From: Psammoneis japonica
Lineage: Eukaryota
Length of the DNA: 64,000 nt
Direction of reading: 5' to 3'
Assembly (NCBI GenBank): GCA_008632985.1
Contig: QPGO01000132.1
Location: forward strand, 62,001 to 126,000
This document shows positions 13,064 through 24,997 of the stretch, one piece after another. The position numbers were made by a program, and so were the translations under genes. Position 1 is the stretch's first letter, and each line of letters opens with the position of its first letter. The notes below the pieces were generated by a model. It saw only the letters and a program-made list of their open reading frames with translations. It was not told where the DNA came from and did no database searches.

Positions 13064-13554
13064 AGTTGTGGGCCAAACGTCTTGTTCTTTTTCTTTGGAT
13101 TAGTAAGCTGCAGAGTCCTCGACAGGCGCGACTGGCCCTCGTCCCGAAAAGCGACCGGTGCTTCGGCTTTGACACCTCCATGCAGATCGCGAGCGCTGAG
13201 CACAAGTACAAACACAAGATCCGATGCCATGTTTTTTAATCATGACATGAGTGCCGGCACTCCTCTGACAAGATTGGGAAATTGTTTTGAGTTTTACTAT
13301 AGAGACAACCTTAAATTCTGTCAGAGAATGCCGCATTCTGCTTCGGTGGTTGGCAACACTGCACACACTTCTCTGGCAGCAAATTAATAGTGTAGCACTA
13401 TACAAGCAAATTGCCCATGTGTTGTAGAGGACCCTTTCTCAGTTTGCCCCTAAGCCTTTTCTCCTGCTTACCCCTTCTTTTTCATGCAGAGAAAGATTGC
13501 CAATATACTACATGATGGAGAAATGAGAGGAAAGATAACTTTTGCAAGAGTAGC

Positions 13555-13735
13555 CCGCCCTCTCTTCTCCTAGCAAGAACTGCTACTCGTACTACCGGTA
13601 GCTACTCTCTACTCTAGCTAAGTAGCTAGCTATAGCTACTCTCTACTAGCTAGAGAGACTACTCTCTAGAGAGCCTACTAGAGAGTAGGGCCTACCGGTA
13701 GTAGTAGTAGAGCGAGTGCCGGTACCGGTAGGTAA
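13555..13735. repeat. CTAG/TAG-rich low-complexity tract upstream of 5S copy 1
   Basis: ctactcgtactaccggtagctactctctactctagctaagtagctagctatagc... Confidence 0.8.
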
Positions 13736-13817
13736 GGGGTCTCGTGTGTTTTGTTCGACGGAAGTACGTCCAGACGTAAATGTAGCCTTTAAGTATTTTG
13801 ATGTGCGCCTCAATAGT

Positions 13818-13935
13818 AGGAACGACCATACAAAGATGACAGCACCGCTTCCCGTCTGCTCAGCGAAGTTAAGCATCTTCTGGCCCGGTTAGTACTACGG
13901 TGGGGGACCACGTTGGAATCCCGGGTGTTGTTCTT
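13818..13935 (+). rRNA. 5S rRNA gene (copy 1), followed by an oligo-T Pol III terminator
   Basis: 118 nt. The 5' AGGAACGAC pairs with the 3' GTTGTTCTT. Conserved CGAAGTTAAGC and GGTTAGTACT...GGGGGACC motifs. TTTTT at the 3' end. Confidence 0.96.
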
Positions 13936-14424
13936 TTTGCTGTTCTCCCCAACTAACGCACAATCGACAAAGCTGTCGTTTTTGTTTCCTTGCTGTTGTC
14001 GGCGGCCGTCGGTTGCCTGCGACATGTACGATATGTTAGTTGGCTTGCAGTTGGAGTCGCTCCTCACGTGTTTTTTAGTATCTCTTTTTTTAGCCACGTC
14101 GCGCGGGTTGTCAATGTTTGTACCTTCGTTCACCGTGCCCCGCGGCCCGCGGTCGATCTCCCAAGCAAGGAGTAAAGGGTGAGCTCTACCTACTCTCTAT
14201 CGGTACCGTAGTAGAGAGCTACTAGCTAGAGACGTCAACGCCTTCAGAAAAGACTGAAACGAACTAAAGAATGCGGGAGCAATGCTAATTGCATTGAGGT
14301 CAATACATAGTAATATTTAGGAAGTTATATTGTAGTCAATAACTTTTGGGAAATTCCATTCAATCGCCAGATAAAAGTATTGTACAGTAATGGCAGCGCT
14401 GCCGTCAGATTCAGCGATTTCTAT

Positions 14425-16851
14425 CTAGCTAGCTGTGCATTGTCCACAAGCAACTGGACATGCGTCGTTGCCCGTCTCTCCATTCGTTCCACTTGCGTTG
14501 CAACGACGATTCTGATTATTGGCGTTGATACCTGAACAACCGAATGTTCTTCCATTTCGAGTTCCTTGCCAGGTGTCACTGTCCACACACTCTTGCTCTA
14601 CAGTTGGCGCAGGAGTTGATACCGTTGGACTTGGTGTAGGTGACGCCGTAGGAGTAGGTGAAGGTGCTGGTGTCGGACTCAGGGTAGGAGCAGGCGTCGG
14701 TGACGGCGTCGGTGCTGGAGTCGGAGCAGGCGTAGGTGACGGCGTCGGTGCTGGTGTTGGAGCAGGTGTAGGCGCTGGAGTCGGACTCGGGGTAGGAGCC
14801 CGTGTAGGGCTATCGGTAGCAATCGTGGGTGACGTCGTAGGGAAGTTGGTTGGGGCTATTGTAGGTGAACTTGTGGGTGTATTTGTAGCCTGAGGAGTTG
14901 GTGACTGAGTTGGACCTAGCGTAGGTGCCGTAGTCCCGATTTCACATTGACCACAAGCGATGGGGCATGCCTGGTTACCTGTTTCTTGGTCGGTGCCTTC
15001 TGTTGGACAACGTCGGACTTGATTATTGGCGTTGATACCCGCACAGCCAAATGTCCTATCATTTCGAGTTGCTTCCCAGGTATCACTATCTACGCACGCC
15101 CCCGTTGGGGAAACTGATGGAGAGGACGTCACGACTGGAGCACTGGTAGGTGAAGGCGTCGGTGAAATGGTCGGAGAGTTGGTAGGTGAAGCCGAAGGTT
15201 CTTCCGTTGGTCTTGCATACTGAGCATCGCATAAGCATTGTCCACCATCCGCGGGATCGTGGACGTCTTCTTGGGACATCATTCCTCGATCTTCGTGATC
15301 AAGACGGTGACAATGAAGCATGATACGTCCAAGATGTACCCTGGGCCAGTATCGCGTGGTGAGTGGCCCTCCCCGAAGACCATCAATGTAGATAACATCG
15401 TGCCAATCCCCGAGTTGAAAGTACGTCTCGACCTGAGCTTCATTGACACTGTTGCTCGAGACTGTCTGCACAATTTGAAACGGATAGACATGTTGGTGAT
15501 ATGGATGAGCGGCGACGCCTCCAAGCTCGCGTTCAACAACTTGCCCCAACTGGATAGTGTGAACAAATCTTGAAGCATCAAAGGGTTCACCATTTACGCA
15601 AAAGTTTCCACCCGTGCATGTAGCGCCTACCGCAAGGGTTGTGTTGCAACTGCAGTTGGTGTCGGATACCGAGGTATTGGTCAAGTCTTCCAGATACTCT
15701 GGAATGACGGGGAAACCAGCATCTGGAGAAAGGTCATTGGCGCCACCTGAAACTCCTTGCACATTCAAGTACATGAGAGGATTTCCCGTAAAGTCGTTGA
15801 CTTGATGTTCACCTGTGGCTTCACAACGAACCATAATATCGGCTCTCCCGGCGGTTGGAATGGGTGCCATGGTAATGACTCGAGGATAATCTGAAATGTA
15901 TATACCGTCCTTGGCAAGGAGCCGCATGTCACAGGCATCGTTCTGTATGGACAAATTGAGGGGATCCCTCAACCAACTAGCCCACGCAATACGCCAACGA
16001 TACCAGACTCCGGGCTGCATGGTTAGGGCAGGTTGGTCTGTTTGCAAAATAATAAAACAAGTACTGTAGTGAGCAAAGAACAAGACATACAATACACGAG
16101 GCGAGAGCTTGTGTGACTTTAAGAAAAAGTAAGACTTACATTTCCCATTCACGAGATTGAAAACCTCGTGGTCAAAGATATTTGTCTCTTCAAACGTAAG
16201 AATTTGATCTCTGCTTTGCGTCTTGACTGTAGTGAGTTGTCCAAGATCCATATGTTGAACAAACAACAAGACGTCTTCAGCTTGCTCTACTTCAGTAGGG
16301 AGAGTGTTTGGTTCATCCATGACAATCAATGCCGCGGCTGCTCCACCACCCACTTGCAGGGAACCGGCGCCGTGTACGTGACTGTGAATCCAATGAGTAC
16401 CAGGCATGTGATTGTCCGGGAATTCAGAAATGTACTGGTACTCGTGTCCAGGCTTGACGTTCATGGTAACATCATCCGACGGAAGCTCTCCAGAAACGTG
16501 CGCCCCATGGAAATGTAGATTTGAGTCATCCGGAAAGCTAAACTCGTTGGTGTCCGTGTTTTGGTTTTGCTGTTCCGTAAGCATATTCTTGAAGAGAATA
16601 CGCAAAGTATCACCAGCCCGAACCTTGAGTGTGGGTCCTGGGAGGGTTCCGTTGAACAAGCGGGTGTTGACAAGTGTATGGGATGCATGCGAATAGTTAG
16701 CATACTCGATCGTCAAAGTGACATCCAAAACGCCGTTGCTTGATTCAAACTCAGTTGGAAAAGTTAAAGGATCGCGTACAGCTTGGCCATGTGCGCCTCC
16801 AAGAAAGACAAGGAGAGAGGAGTAGACTACAGCCTTACGGAAAAACATCAT
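14425..16851 (-). CDS. Secreted multicopper oxidase with Thr/Pro mucin-like stalk and two Cys-rich modules; in-frame intron ~16139-16038
   Basis: Signal peptide. Copper motifs [18 protein letters not shown] and [13 protein letters not shown]. (TPAP/TPSP)n repeats. Duplicated CVDSDTW...C...RRC...ACP..CGQC module. Confidence 0.92.
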   Translation of the reverse strand: MMFFRKAVVYSSLLVFLGGAHGQAVRDPLTFPTEFESSNGVLDVTLTIEYANYSHASHTLVNTRLFNGTLPGPTLKVRAGDTLRILFKNMLTEQQNQNTDTNEFSFPDDSNLHFHGAHVSGELPSDDVTMNVKPGHEYQYISEFPDNHMPGTHWIHSHVHGAGSLQVGGGAAAALIVMDEPNTLPTEVEQAEDVLLFVQHMDLGQLTTVKTQSRDQILTFEETNIFDHEVFNLVNGKCKSYFFLKSHKLSPRVLYVLFFAHYSTCFIILQTDQPALTMQPGVWYRWRIAWASWLRDPLNLSIQNDACDMRLLAKDGIYISDYPRVITMAPIPTAGRADIMVRCEATGEHQVNDFTGNPLMYLNVQGVSGGANDLSPDAGFPVIPEYLEDLTNTSVSDTNCSCNTTLAVGATCTGGNFCVNGEPFDASRFVHTIQLGQVVERELGGVAAHPYHQHVYPFQIVQTVSSNSVNEAQVETYFQLGDWHDVIYIDGLRGGPLTTRYWPRVHLGRIMLHCHRLDHEDRGMMSQEDVHDPADGGQCLCDAQYARPTEEPSASPTNSPTISPTPSPTSAPVVTSSPSVSPTGACVDSDTWEATRNDRTFGCAGINANNQVRRCPTEGTDQETGNQACPIACGQCEIGTTAPTLGPTQSPTPQATNTPTSSPTIAPTNFPTTSPTIATDSPTRAPTPSPTPAPTPAPTPAPTPSPTPAPTPAPTPSPTPAPTLSPTPAPSPTPTASPTPSPTVSTPAPTVEQECVDSDTWQGTRNGRTFGCSGINANNQNRRCNASGTNGETGNDACPVACGQCTAS

Positions 16852-17240
16852 ATGTTCGAGTAAAAAGCTGATGTCTTTTCAGAAGTCTCAGCATCATCAT
16901 CTTCTCGCTTTGGAACAATCTTAGGGGGGGCGTGGCATAAATCCGATTTCACGTAGAGAATCGTAACAAATTGTCGTATGTAAAATTTATCGGCATTTCA
17001 TGTAGAAATTGTTCTTTTTGTCAATTTTGTTGGTTGGTGTCTCACATTAGTGACCCATCTGGTCATGATGTCCGTGTTATTTAGCATGTGGTTATCTTCA
17101 AGGCACAGTACGTTATTGTTTTTGCGAATGACCTTCGACATAAGTGCTGTATCACACTTCCTCAGTGTCACAGTTAGTAAGTACCGCGCCTGTCATATCC
17201 ACAAATTTGTCCGTTTAGCTACGTGTAGTTAGTTTGTGTC

Positions 17241-19164
17241 GGCTCGATTTTAGTCGATTGCGCTGGTCCTGCACTTGGGTTTCCTTCTTCGTACCGGGAT
17301 GAAGCACATGGCGTGCTCTCCTTTCTTTGATTCGTGCTCAGGGTCATGGAATGTTGTCAGACGGTTTTTCCCTTGGGCGTGGATTTACACTGCGACAGTT
17401 CTGCCATCATCGTCCGAGACATCGCAAGTTTGCAAAAGGCACCTCTTCCCCATCCCAGATGAAGCCAGCTCTTCCGAAGCTTGTCTTGATTTCCGCTGCA
17501 GACAACACACAGCTCATGCAATGTCAGCTGATTGGGATGTTCTGAATGAAATCTTTCATGTGGTTGGTTGCCTCTTTGAATTTCCGTCCTGAGAGCCATC
17601 AACAAGCACTCAAGTCGACGTGCAGGGGATCAAAGGACACCAAGACATCCAAGCCCCCTGCGAGTCATTGTCCCTTCTAGCAAAGATGAATGTCTGCATG
17701 GATTGAACATCAAAGGACATTTCCTGGCAGCACCTTGGTTGCTCCTTGGATGCCACATTGTTCTGCGAATCTTGCAGCTCAAGGTTTCTCCATGAGCTCC
17801 AAGTTTGGGTCTGCACTCTGATGCAAAGCATCAAGCCCAGCCCCAACCCTGCATGTGAAAGAGAAATGCAGATGAGCTGACAAGGTGTTTCAGTCTGTCA
17901 ACCAGCCTGCCCACTCCAAACTCATGTCTGGGAACATTCGCAGGAAAGTCAGCACTGTCAAGTCAGCTCAAGATCTTGTGCCTCCTGCCAAAAAGACAGC
18001 TTGCTGGCACAATCCCATCCAACCTGACTGCTGCATCCACTGTCAACTTTCTGGAAGACAGAGACCACATCTTGTGGTGCTCTCACAACAAAGCTTGGCA
18101 ATGCACATTCCTTCAAGCAAGGTTTGCATGAGAAATGTGGTGACATCAACAAGTCACCTCCTTTGCAAGACTTCCTTCTGGTGGCGCACTGGAATCTTGG
18201 TTCCACAAGGAATTGGTTTGTGCTGTCAAGCTTTGTCACTGTGCACCAGAGGCTTTTCACTCTCAGAAGCAGATTGGTTGGCAGCACTTGTTCAATGGTG
18301 GTTGATTTTCCTCTTGTTGGAACAAGGCACAACTCGAACATTTAGAGATGGTTTCCAGCTGTGACTCGCTCTGACACCTCCAGAGTGGATCAGGCAGAGC
18401 TGCAATTGGCAGCCACATCTGGTCTCAGTGGCGAGAATTGTGGGATCAACACAATGATGCAATTCATGGGTGGTGCTGGAATCTTGGTTCCATGTGAGGA
18501 ATTGGTTTGTGCTGTCAAGCTTCATTGCTGTGCATCAGAGGCTTTTCACTCTGAGAAGCAGATTGGTTGATGGCACTTGCTCAACGGTTGATTTTCCTCT
18601 CATTGGAACAAGGCACAACTTGAACATTGTTTGGAGATGGTTTCCAGCTGTGACTCGCTCTGATGCCTCCAGAGTGGATCAGGCAGCTGTGATTGGCAGC
18701 CACATCTGGTCTGAGTGGTGGGAATTGTGGGATCATCACAATGGTGCAATTCACATGGACATGATTCGGAAACTGGCAAGTTGTCAGTGCAACACCTTGA
18801 GACGGAAGTGGAGGTCATCCACTCATGGTGCAGCGACTGTTTGGCAAAGGATCGAGTGGAGCTGTTTGACTCTGTTGATGAGCACCCAACTCACTCCACA
18901 TGCAGGCTCAATGGGTTGGCGATGACAAGACCCGTGTTTAAATCAAGCACCCGAGAGGCAAAAAGGTTGGCTTTGCAAGGCACTCGTGCCATTGCCAGTT
19001 GCTCTGGTGCGACATCACTGTCAGGTGTGATGACGATTCAGGCTGATTGCCACATGCCCCTGCCACACTCAAGGTGCACTGGGGTTGTGGGTTAGCTTGT
19101 TTGCCAGAGTTGCGGGGTGGAAGCATGACAGCACTTTAAAAATAGATTTTGGGTTTTGTTTTGT
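17241..19164 (+). mobile_element. 5'-truncated non-LTR retrotransposon (Ambal-like: RNase H-like domain plus CCHC knuckle), hypermutated, with a 15-bp TSD
   Basis: Relic motifs GPALGFPSSYRDEAHGVLS, DLHCD, ADWDVLNEI, IKGHQD, CIHC..EDRDHILWC, IWSEWWELW. Direct repeat TAGTTAGTTTGTGTC at 17226-17240 and 19165-19179. Confidence 0.85.
18191..18759 (+). repeat. Tandem ~285-bp duplication inside the non-LTR relic
   Basis: Copies start at 18191 and 18478 (ggaatcttggttcca...). Many differences between them are TG<->CA swaps. Confidence 0.9.
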
Positions 19165-19638
19165 TAGTTAGTTTGTGTCACACACAGAGTCAGACATTCT
19201 GACTATTCTAGATAGATCGGTGACCACGGCCGGAAATCGTTTCTGACTCTCTCCTATGCATAGCTAGTAGAGAATAGCAGGGCGGTTCAGTGTTGGATGA
19301 TGCCTCAGGCCAGCACTGTTGTTACTGCACACATCTTGGGTAAACATGAGGATCCTGTCAGAAGCTCCATTTGCCAAGGAGATGATTGAACTCTTCTCAA
19401 GCTTCTTGTCTTCTCGCAAGCGATGGGAGTGGTCATCTACGAGACGAACTGGATGCATCTTCAGTCTTCGTATTACAATGTCAAAACGATTCGACGACAG
19501 CCTAACGACAGGCTACCCTTGGTGTTACTGCTTAAAAAGCGGTATATATGGGCAACTACTGTGTTTAGGGTGCTATGAGTACATCCATTTTGTACATCTA
19601 AAAGTTCGAATCAATGGCCACAAACCAAGACGAAGTCT

Positions 19639-22600
19639 CTAGTCTTCTTCGTCCTCGACAACCTTACTGCCATCCTTTGAGAATACCTCATCGATGGCAG
19701 AGAATTTTCGTGGAGCCGGCGCGCTTCCAAGCGACGATGAAATAGTTTTGTCAAAAGCCCCGTAAGGAGATTCTTGGTCGAATGCTCCGTATCTCCCGCC
19801 CTCAGCAAATGGATCCTTTGTTTTTCGAAACTTGCCAGGCACAGTCGCTTGGATTATATTGTCAAGGTCAAGATCATGTGCCAGCGCACTGTCAGAGAGT
19901 CCTCTATCAACTGAACGCTGTGGCGAGTCCGTCGGAGGACTGGCCCCTTGGTCGGCAGACGGGCTATCCACAATTTCAGCAATCTCTTGAGGACCGAGAC
20001 CACCGGCAGCCATCATTCCGGTCATATCCGACGTTGTCTTCTTTCGGTTTCTCCGTCCACGCTCACGTCCACCCCGTGTACTGGCCTTCTCGATGTCCTT
20101 CTGTTGCTGCGCTCGGTTCTGCAAGAGGAACTTACGAACAGAGTCTGAGGAAACCTGCTTGGTGAGCCCATGGCGCATTACAAGGCCTGCACCAACAGTG
20201 GGTCCTTCTCCCTTTTCCTTCTGCTGCGCCATGAGAATATCACGAGCTCTCCTCGCTTCTTGCTCTTCGAAACGTTTGCTAGCTTCGAGCACAGCGAGAC
20301 GCATCTGCCGATGAGCCCTGTACAGTGTCCGGTTTACCACGAGTGGCGTCTTGCTTTCATCCTTAATAACGCTTTCGATCTTTTCAATCTTGTCGTCTTG
20401 CAATTCTTCTGGCATGTGCTCCGGCAGCAAGAGCACCCGTCGCGAGTCTGCCTCAAATTGAGGTTCACCAAGGTCGTCGGCGGCCGGGGCCATTTCTTGT
20501 TGATCAAATGACCGGGACCTTCTCTTACCGAGCTGATCGATAGGGCTCAATGATGGACCGGGAAGAAACGGAATCTCGACTTTTCGGCCCTCGGGAACCG
20601 GGGGAACAGCTATTCTATCAGTTCGAGGAGTGATTCTCGGCGACTGAGGAGGAGTCATACCAGCACGCATCACTGCTCGATCCGCAGCTTCAGATATCAT
20701 CAAATCCAGGTTGGCATCGTCATCGTCCATAGACAAGGGCGTGTCGAGCTCTTCTGCCAACCTCGCGTCCATTGTCTGACGATTGTAAAGGGGTGTTACA
20801 GGGGCCGACGCTGGGTGGCGCTTGGCGGGGCTATCAAACGTGGCACCAACCGGAAGATCCATAATAGAACCATCATTGATGGTTACCACATCACCACTCG
20901 GAAGAACAACCGTGTGGGGTGACTTCTTCTCGTCGTCGTGGCTAGCAATGGATTGTCCGTCTTCGGAACGCTGCTCATGGACTTCATGCAATACGTGAAG
21001 CGGCTGGCCAGCACTCTTAATGTGTCCAAGCTCCGCAAAGTCAGGATCAACCTCCGTATCCTTTGTCTGTCCCTTCATCAACAACAAAAAGTCCTCATAC
21101 GTGATGCGGGCGTGTTGACTGTTCACAGCTTTCATACTATCTCCCCACATTTCTCTCATGGCTTCCTCGCTATCAGCAGCGTCGTTACCCATAAGATCCA
21201 TCACATTCTCGAGGGTAATGTACCCCTTGTGGTCGCTATCAAGTCGATCAAACGCCAAGCGCAAGTTTCGTTCGTCCACATGACACTGAGAGATTCCAGC
21301 AGCGATAAACTCATGCCAATGAATGCGCTTCTCACTTTTTCGAACGCGCATTGCATTGAAAATATCTTCAACCTCCTCTTCAGTGAGCGCCCCCAAAGAA
21401 CCAGCGCCTGCATTCTCAATCAGAACTTGCTTCAACGCAGCAAGTGAAATCTCTCCCGATCCGTCCGTGTCCATCTTCTCAAACTCCTTTCTCAGGTCCT
21501 TAATCTGCTCGGGAAGCAAGGTGAAACTCAAAACCTCGCACAACAGTTTTCGCATATCTGAGAATTCCTTGAATGACACCAAGGCCTTGACGACATTCGG
21601 GTTGAGCCTATTGTCGTCTTCGGTCTTGTCACGGTGCGACCATTCCCGTAACCATGCATGCTTCTGCGCTTCTTTTGCCGTTGGGCGCTTTTGTGTGTTT
21701 GTTACTAAAAGACTCTTGATGAATTCTCGCGCCTGTTGGCTAACAATCTCCCAGATATCCTCCGGCTCAAAGTAAAACTGCCCCTTGAGAATGTTTGCCC
21801 TCACAGTCATCAAAGGTTCTGGCCCTCCGCAGCCACCAAACGGGGGATCGCCACTCAGCAACAGAAAGGTAATGACACCAATCGCCCAAATATCGCATTT
21901 TTCGTCATATGAGCCACGAATAACCTCGGGAGCGACCGTGTAGGGCGTTCCAACAGCTTCATGATGAACCTCACCAAATTTGAAATGCTTACTGAGTCCA
22001 AAGTCAATCATTTTCAGTTCCGAGTCCGGACTGGTGGAAGAAAACAGAAAATTCTCCAACTTTAAATCGCGGTGAATGATACCTTTGGAGTGAAGGTACC
22101 GAACCGCACATAGCATCTGCTTGACAAGCCGGGCACACTGAGCTTCGGTGTAGTGATAATCGGGCTGTTCGTCGAGACGGTCAAAGAGCTCGCCACCCAG
22201 ACACAACTCTTGAACCAAGTAAATCTCAGAATGACTCTCATAGACTTCTTCAAGTCGCACGATATTCGGATGATCCAGCTGGCACATGATAAAAATCTCC
22301 TCACGCAGCTGCTGCAATCCCTCTTCGGTTTCGACAAGTCCCAAATCAAGGCATTTCACAGCATACTTGATTCCAGTTGTCTTATGCGTCACCAACCTCA
22401 CCAGTCCAGAAATACCCGATCCCAGAACGGGCCCCGTGTGAACTCCATCGTACGCTTCTTCGATAGGTTTCCCAAACGGAACTTCAATGTGCACCACGTT
22501 GCTCTTTAAATCTCCGGTATCCTTTCGGCTTTCAATCATGGAATCCAACCCAATCGCACTGGTCGAATGCACCAAATCAGGCTTGGGAAGCTTCGATAGA

Positions 22601-23035
22601 GAGCCCCGCTTTTCGTTGCCATTGCTGCTGTGTTCGGACGAGTCATCCGAAGACAATCCTCCCGCAGGAGTCGTAGCACCCGAGGAGTAGCCCGGCGTGT
22701 ATGCTCCCGTACTGTTTGTTTCCGAGTATTCCAATTTCGCCTTGGGTGATCCACTGGTAGTTGGTGCTTCCTTTTTCTCTGTACGAAAGCTCACCGACGT
22801 GTCCTTTTTGACACTGGCATCGTTCGCTATCATCAGAACAATCACGAACAAAATCGAAAATACGAAGAGAAGCCTGAACCGTGAGAAAAAAATAATATTC
22901 AGTTTTCTATATACATGAATATATATTAAACTCACGTTTTGCGCTACTCGAGGGCACTTGCTTTGATTGCGAAGCCGGAGCCGCTGGTTTCGATGGCGGT
23001 GTGACCGCTGCTTCTGTGCTTTGTGTACAACCCAT
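19639..23035 (-). CDS. Calcium-dependent protein kinase (CDPK-like) paralogue 2; exons 23035-22936 and 22826-19639
   Basis: MGCTQS N-terminus. A GT-AG intron gives an in-frame join (K-P-N-D). Kinase motifs YAVK, HRDLKLEN, DFG. EF-hands DTDGSGEI and DSDHKGYI. Confidence 0.95.
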
Positions 23036-23684
23036 CTGGTGGTGGTTTATGCCGACCCGGACGCTCTCTCTGGTGCATTCCAAACAAAAAACAACGACTC
23101 TGTCCTTGTTTTCGCAGAGCTCAAGCACACGGAAAAATTAGTGTTGTGTTGCGTGTTTGTTGTGGATGGGCGATGATGCAATGGTCACGCAAGACTGTTT
23201 CGCTGTATTTTCGGTACAGTTCTGCGTAGAATTCTACGCGGCCTTCGTATCGCTTGAAGCGGTGCGACAAAGCGACTTTGGGAGCCTCGTCATCACGTGC
23301 GTACGTGTGTAGTACTTTTCTACATACGAGAGTTTCTTACCGTTATTCGTGTGCACAACGGTTTTATTCCATATTCACTTCCGGATCTTGTATTGAAATA
23401 TCAAATTCACGTAGGTTTCAAGGTTGACTGTACCAGGATATATGGGCCTAATGGATGGATAAACTGAATGATCTAATGGAGGGAGGATCCGACGTTTCTC
23501 GCATTTGACACAGATTGCCGCGATGAAGATACTGTAAGATCAGAGATAGCCGAGACGCCAACAACCTCTTGGTATTTGCAACGAGGAGTAAAACGACAGA
23601 ATGCTGATGAGCAAGGCGGATCACTTGTTCTGACGCTATTTTCAGTTTGACTCAAAACATGCATTTTGTCTCGGGAGATTACAC

Positions 23685-24681
23685 GTGCGATCAGCAGCCT
23701 TCTTGTCGAGACCAGTGACGCGACGAATACAAAATCGTTGCATGCAAAGCAGTACTACTTGTTCCGATGAGGAACGCATTGTGGCAGACATGTTGTACAG
23801 AATTCGAGACACCAACAAAATGCCCGAATCCGTAAAATCAAATTTGTTGAGATTTCGAGTGGACGGTATCGATGTCGGCAAGGTGACACCCAGCATGGCA
23901 CGAAGGCTCTGTGATGAGGCTCCCAATGTGTTTCGTTTGGCAGTGGACGCGTCCGACAAGCACTTGACTCTGACAGACGCTGCCGGAGACACGTGTGAAT
24001 CTCGGACACAATCCGTGGCATCCGCCATGGAACTGTTGCGCGACGAAAACATCATCACGGGATGGCGCAATGAGTTGTATCCCATTTCACACGGTTTTTA
24101 CGAACCACCGGTGTTTTTGATGGAACGCGCCGCTGTTCCCGTCTTGGGTGGAATGGAATATGGTGTGCATATTAATGGAATTGTACAAGACAATGGTGAA
24201 ACTAAAATGGTCATGGCACGACGCGCCAAGAACAAATCCAAATATCCCGGCATGCTCGATCACATGGTTGCCGGCGGCCAACCGGTGGGATTGGGATTAC
24301 TGGACAATGTCGTCAAGGAGTGTCAAGAGGAAGCGGGTGTCCCCGAAAGCCTCACCGAAGCGGCATTCAAGCGGCTGGTGCCATTTCGTACGAAACCTAT
24401 TCTCAACAAAAAGACATGGTGAGCCGAGCCGTCTTGTTTTGCTATGATTTGCATCTGCCTCTTGACTTTGAACCCAAAGCGGTCGATGGAGAAGTGGACG
24501 AATTCTTTCTGTGGGATATGAATCAAGTCAAGGAAGCAATGGTGCGTGACTATCATGACCCCATGAAACCAAACTGTTATCCCGTGATTATCGATTATCT
24601 GCTGAGACAAGGCCACGTGTCGCCCGAGACTCCGGCTACCTGGACGTGTTGAGAGAGTTGCGCAGTGGGGATTGCTATTAG
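23685..24681 (+). CDS. Nudix hydrolase (YJR142W/NUDX20-like); frameshifts near 24360 and 24635
   Basis: GWRNELY, MERAA..GVHING, YPGMLDHMVAGG..KECQEEAG Nudix box, DGEVDEF, MKPNC. Start uncertain. Confidence 0.88.
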
Positions 24682-24997
24682 CTACAACACGAAAGCAAAG
24701 CAAAAACTGTTTTTGTTTTGCACCAGTCGCTCCACTGCAAGCCCTTTTCAGCAAATGATTCGAGGTCTAATAATATGATATTAAAGTATATCAATGTGGC
24801 TAACGCATGTACTGTATTTGGAAACAAGGTTCACTGCATAGATTCTTCTTTCTATACATTCAACATTCTACATGCGCCCAAGTTCTTCTGCGAGATAACA
24901 GCATGTCGAGTAGAAGACGTAGATTTTAAGGGACCGCTTCATTTTCCCCATTTTGTAATCAATCTGGCTACAAGTATGCCCCGACTTTCAAGGATCG

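Noticed and set aside
14600..14830. Regular 12-bp periodic repeats (also at 25400-25700) as CRISPR or satellite DNA
   Set aside because: They encode Thr/Pro-rich linkers within ORFs and have no repeat-spacer structure.
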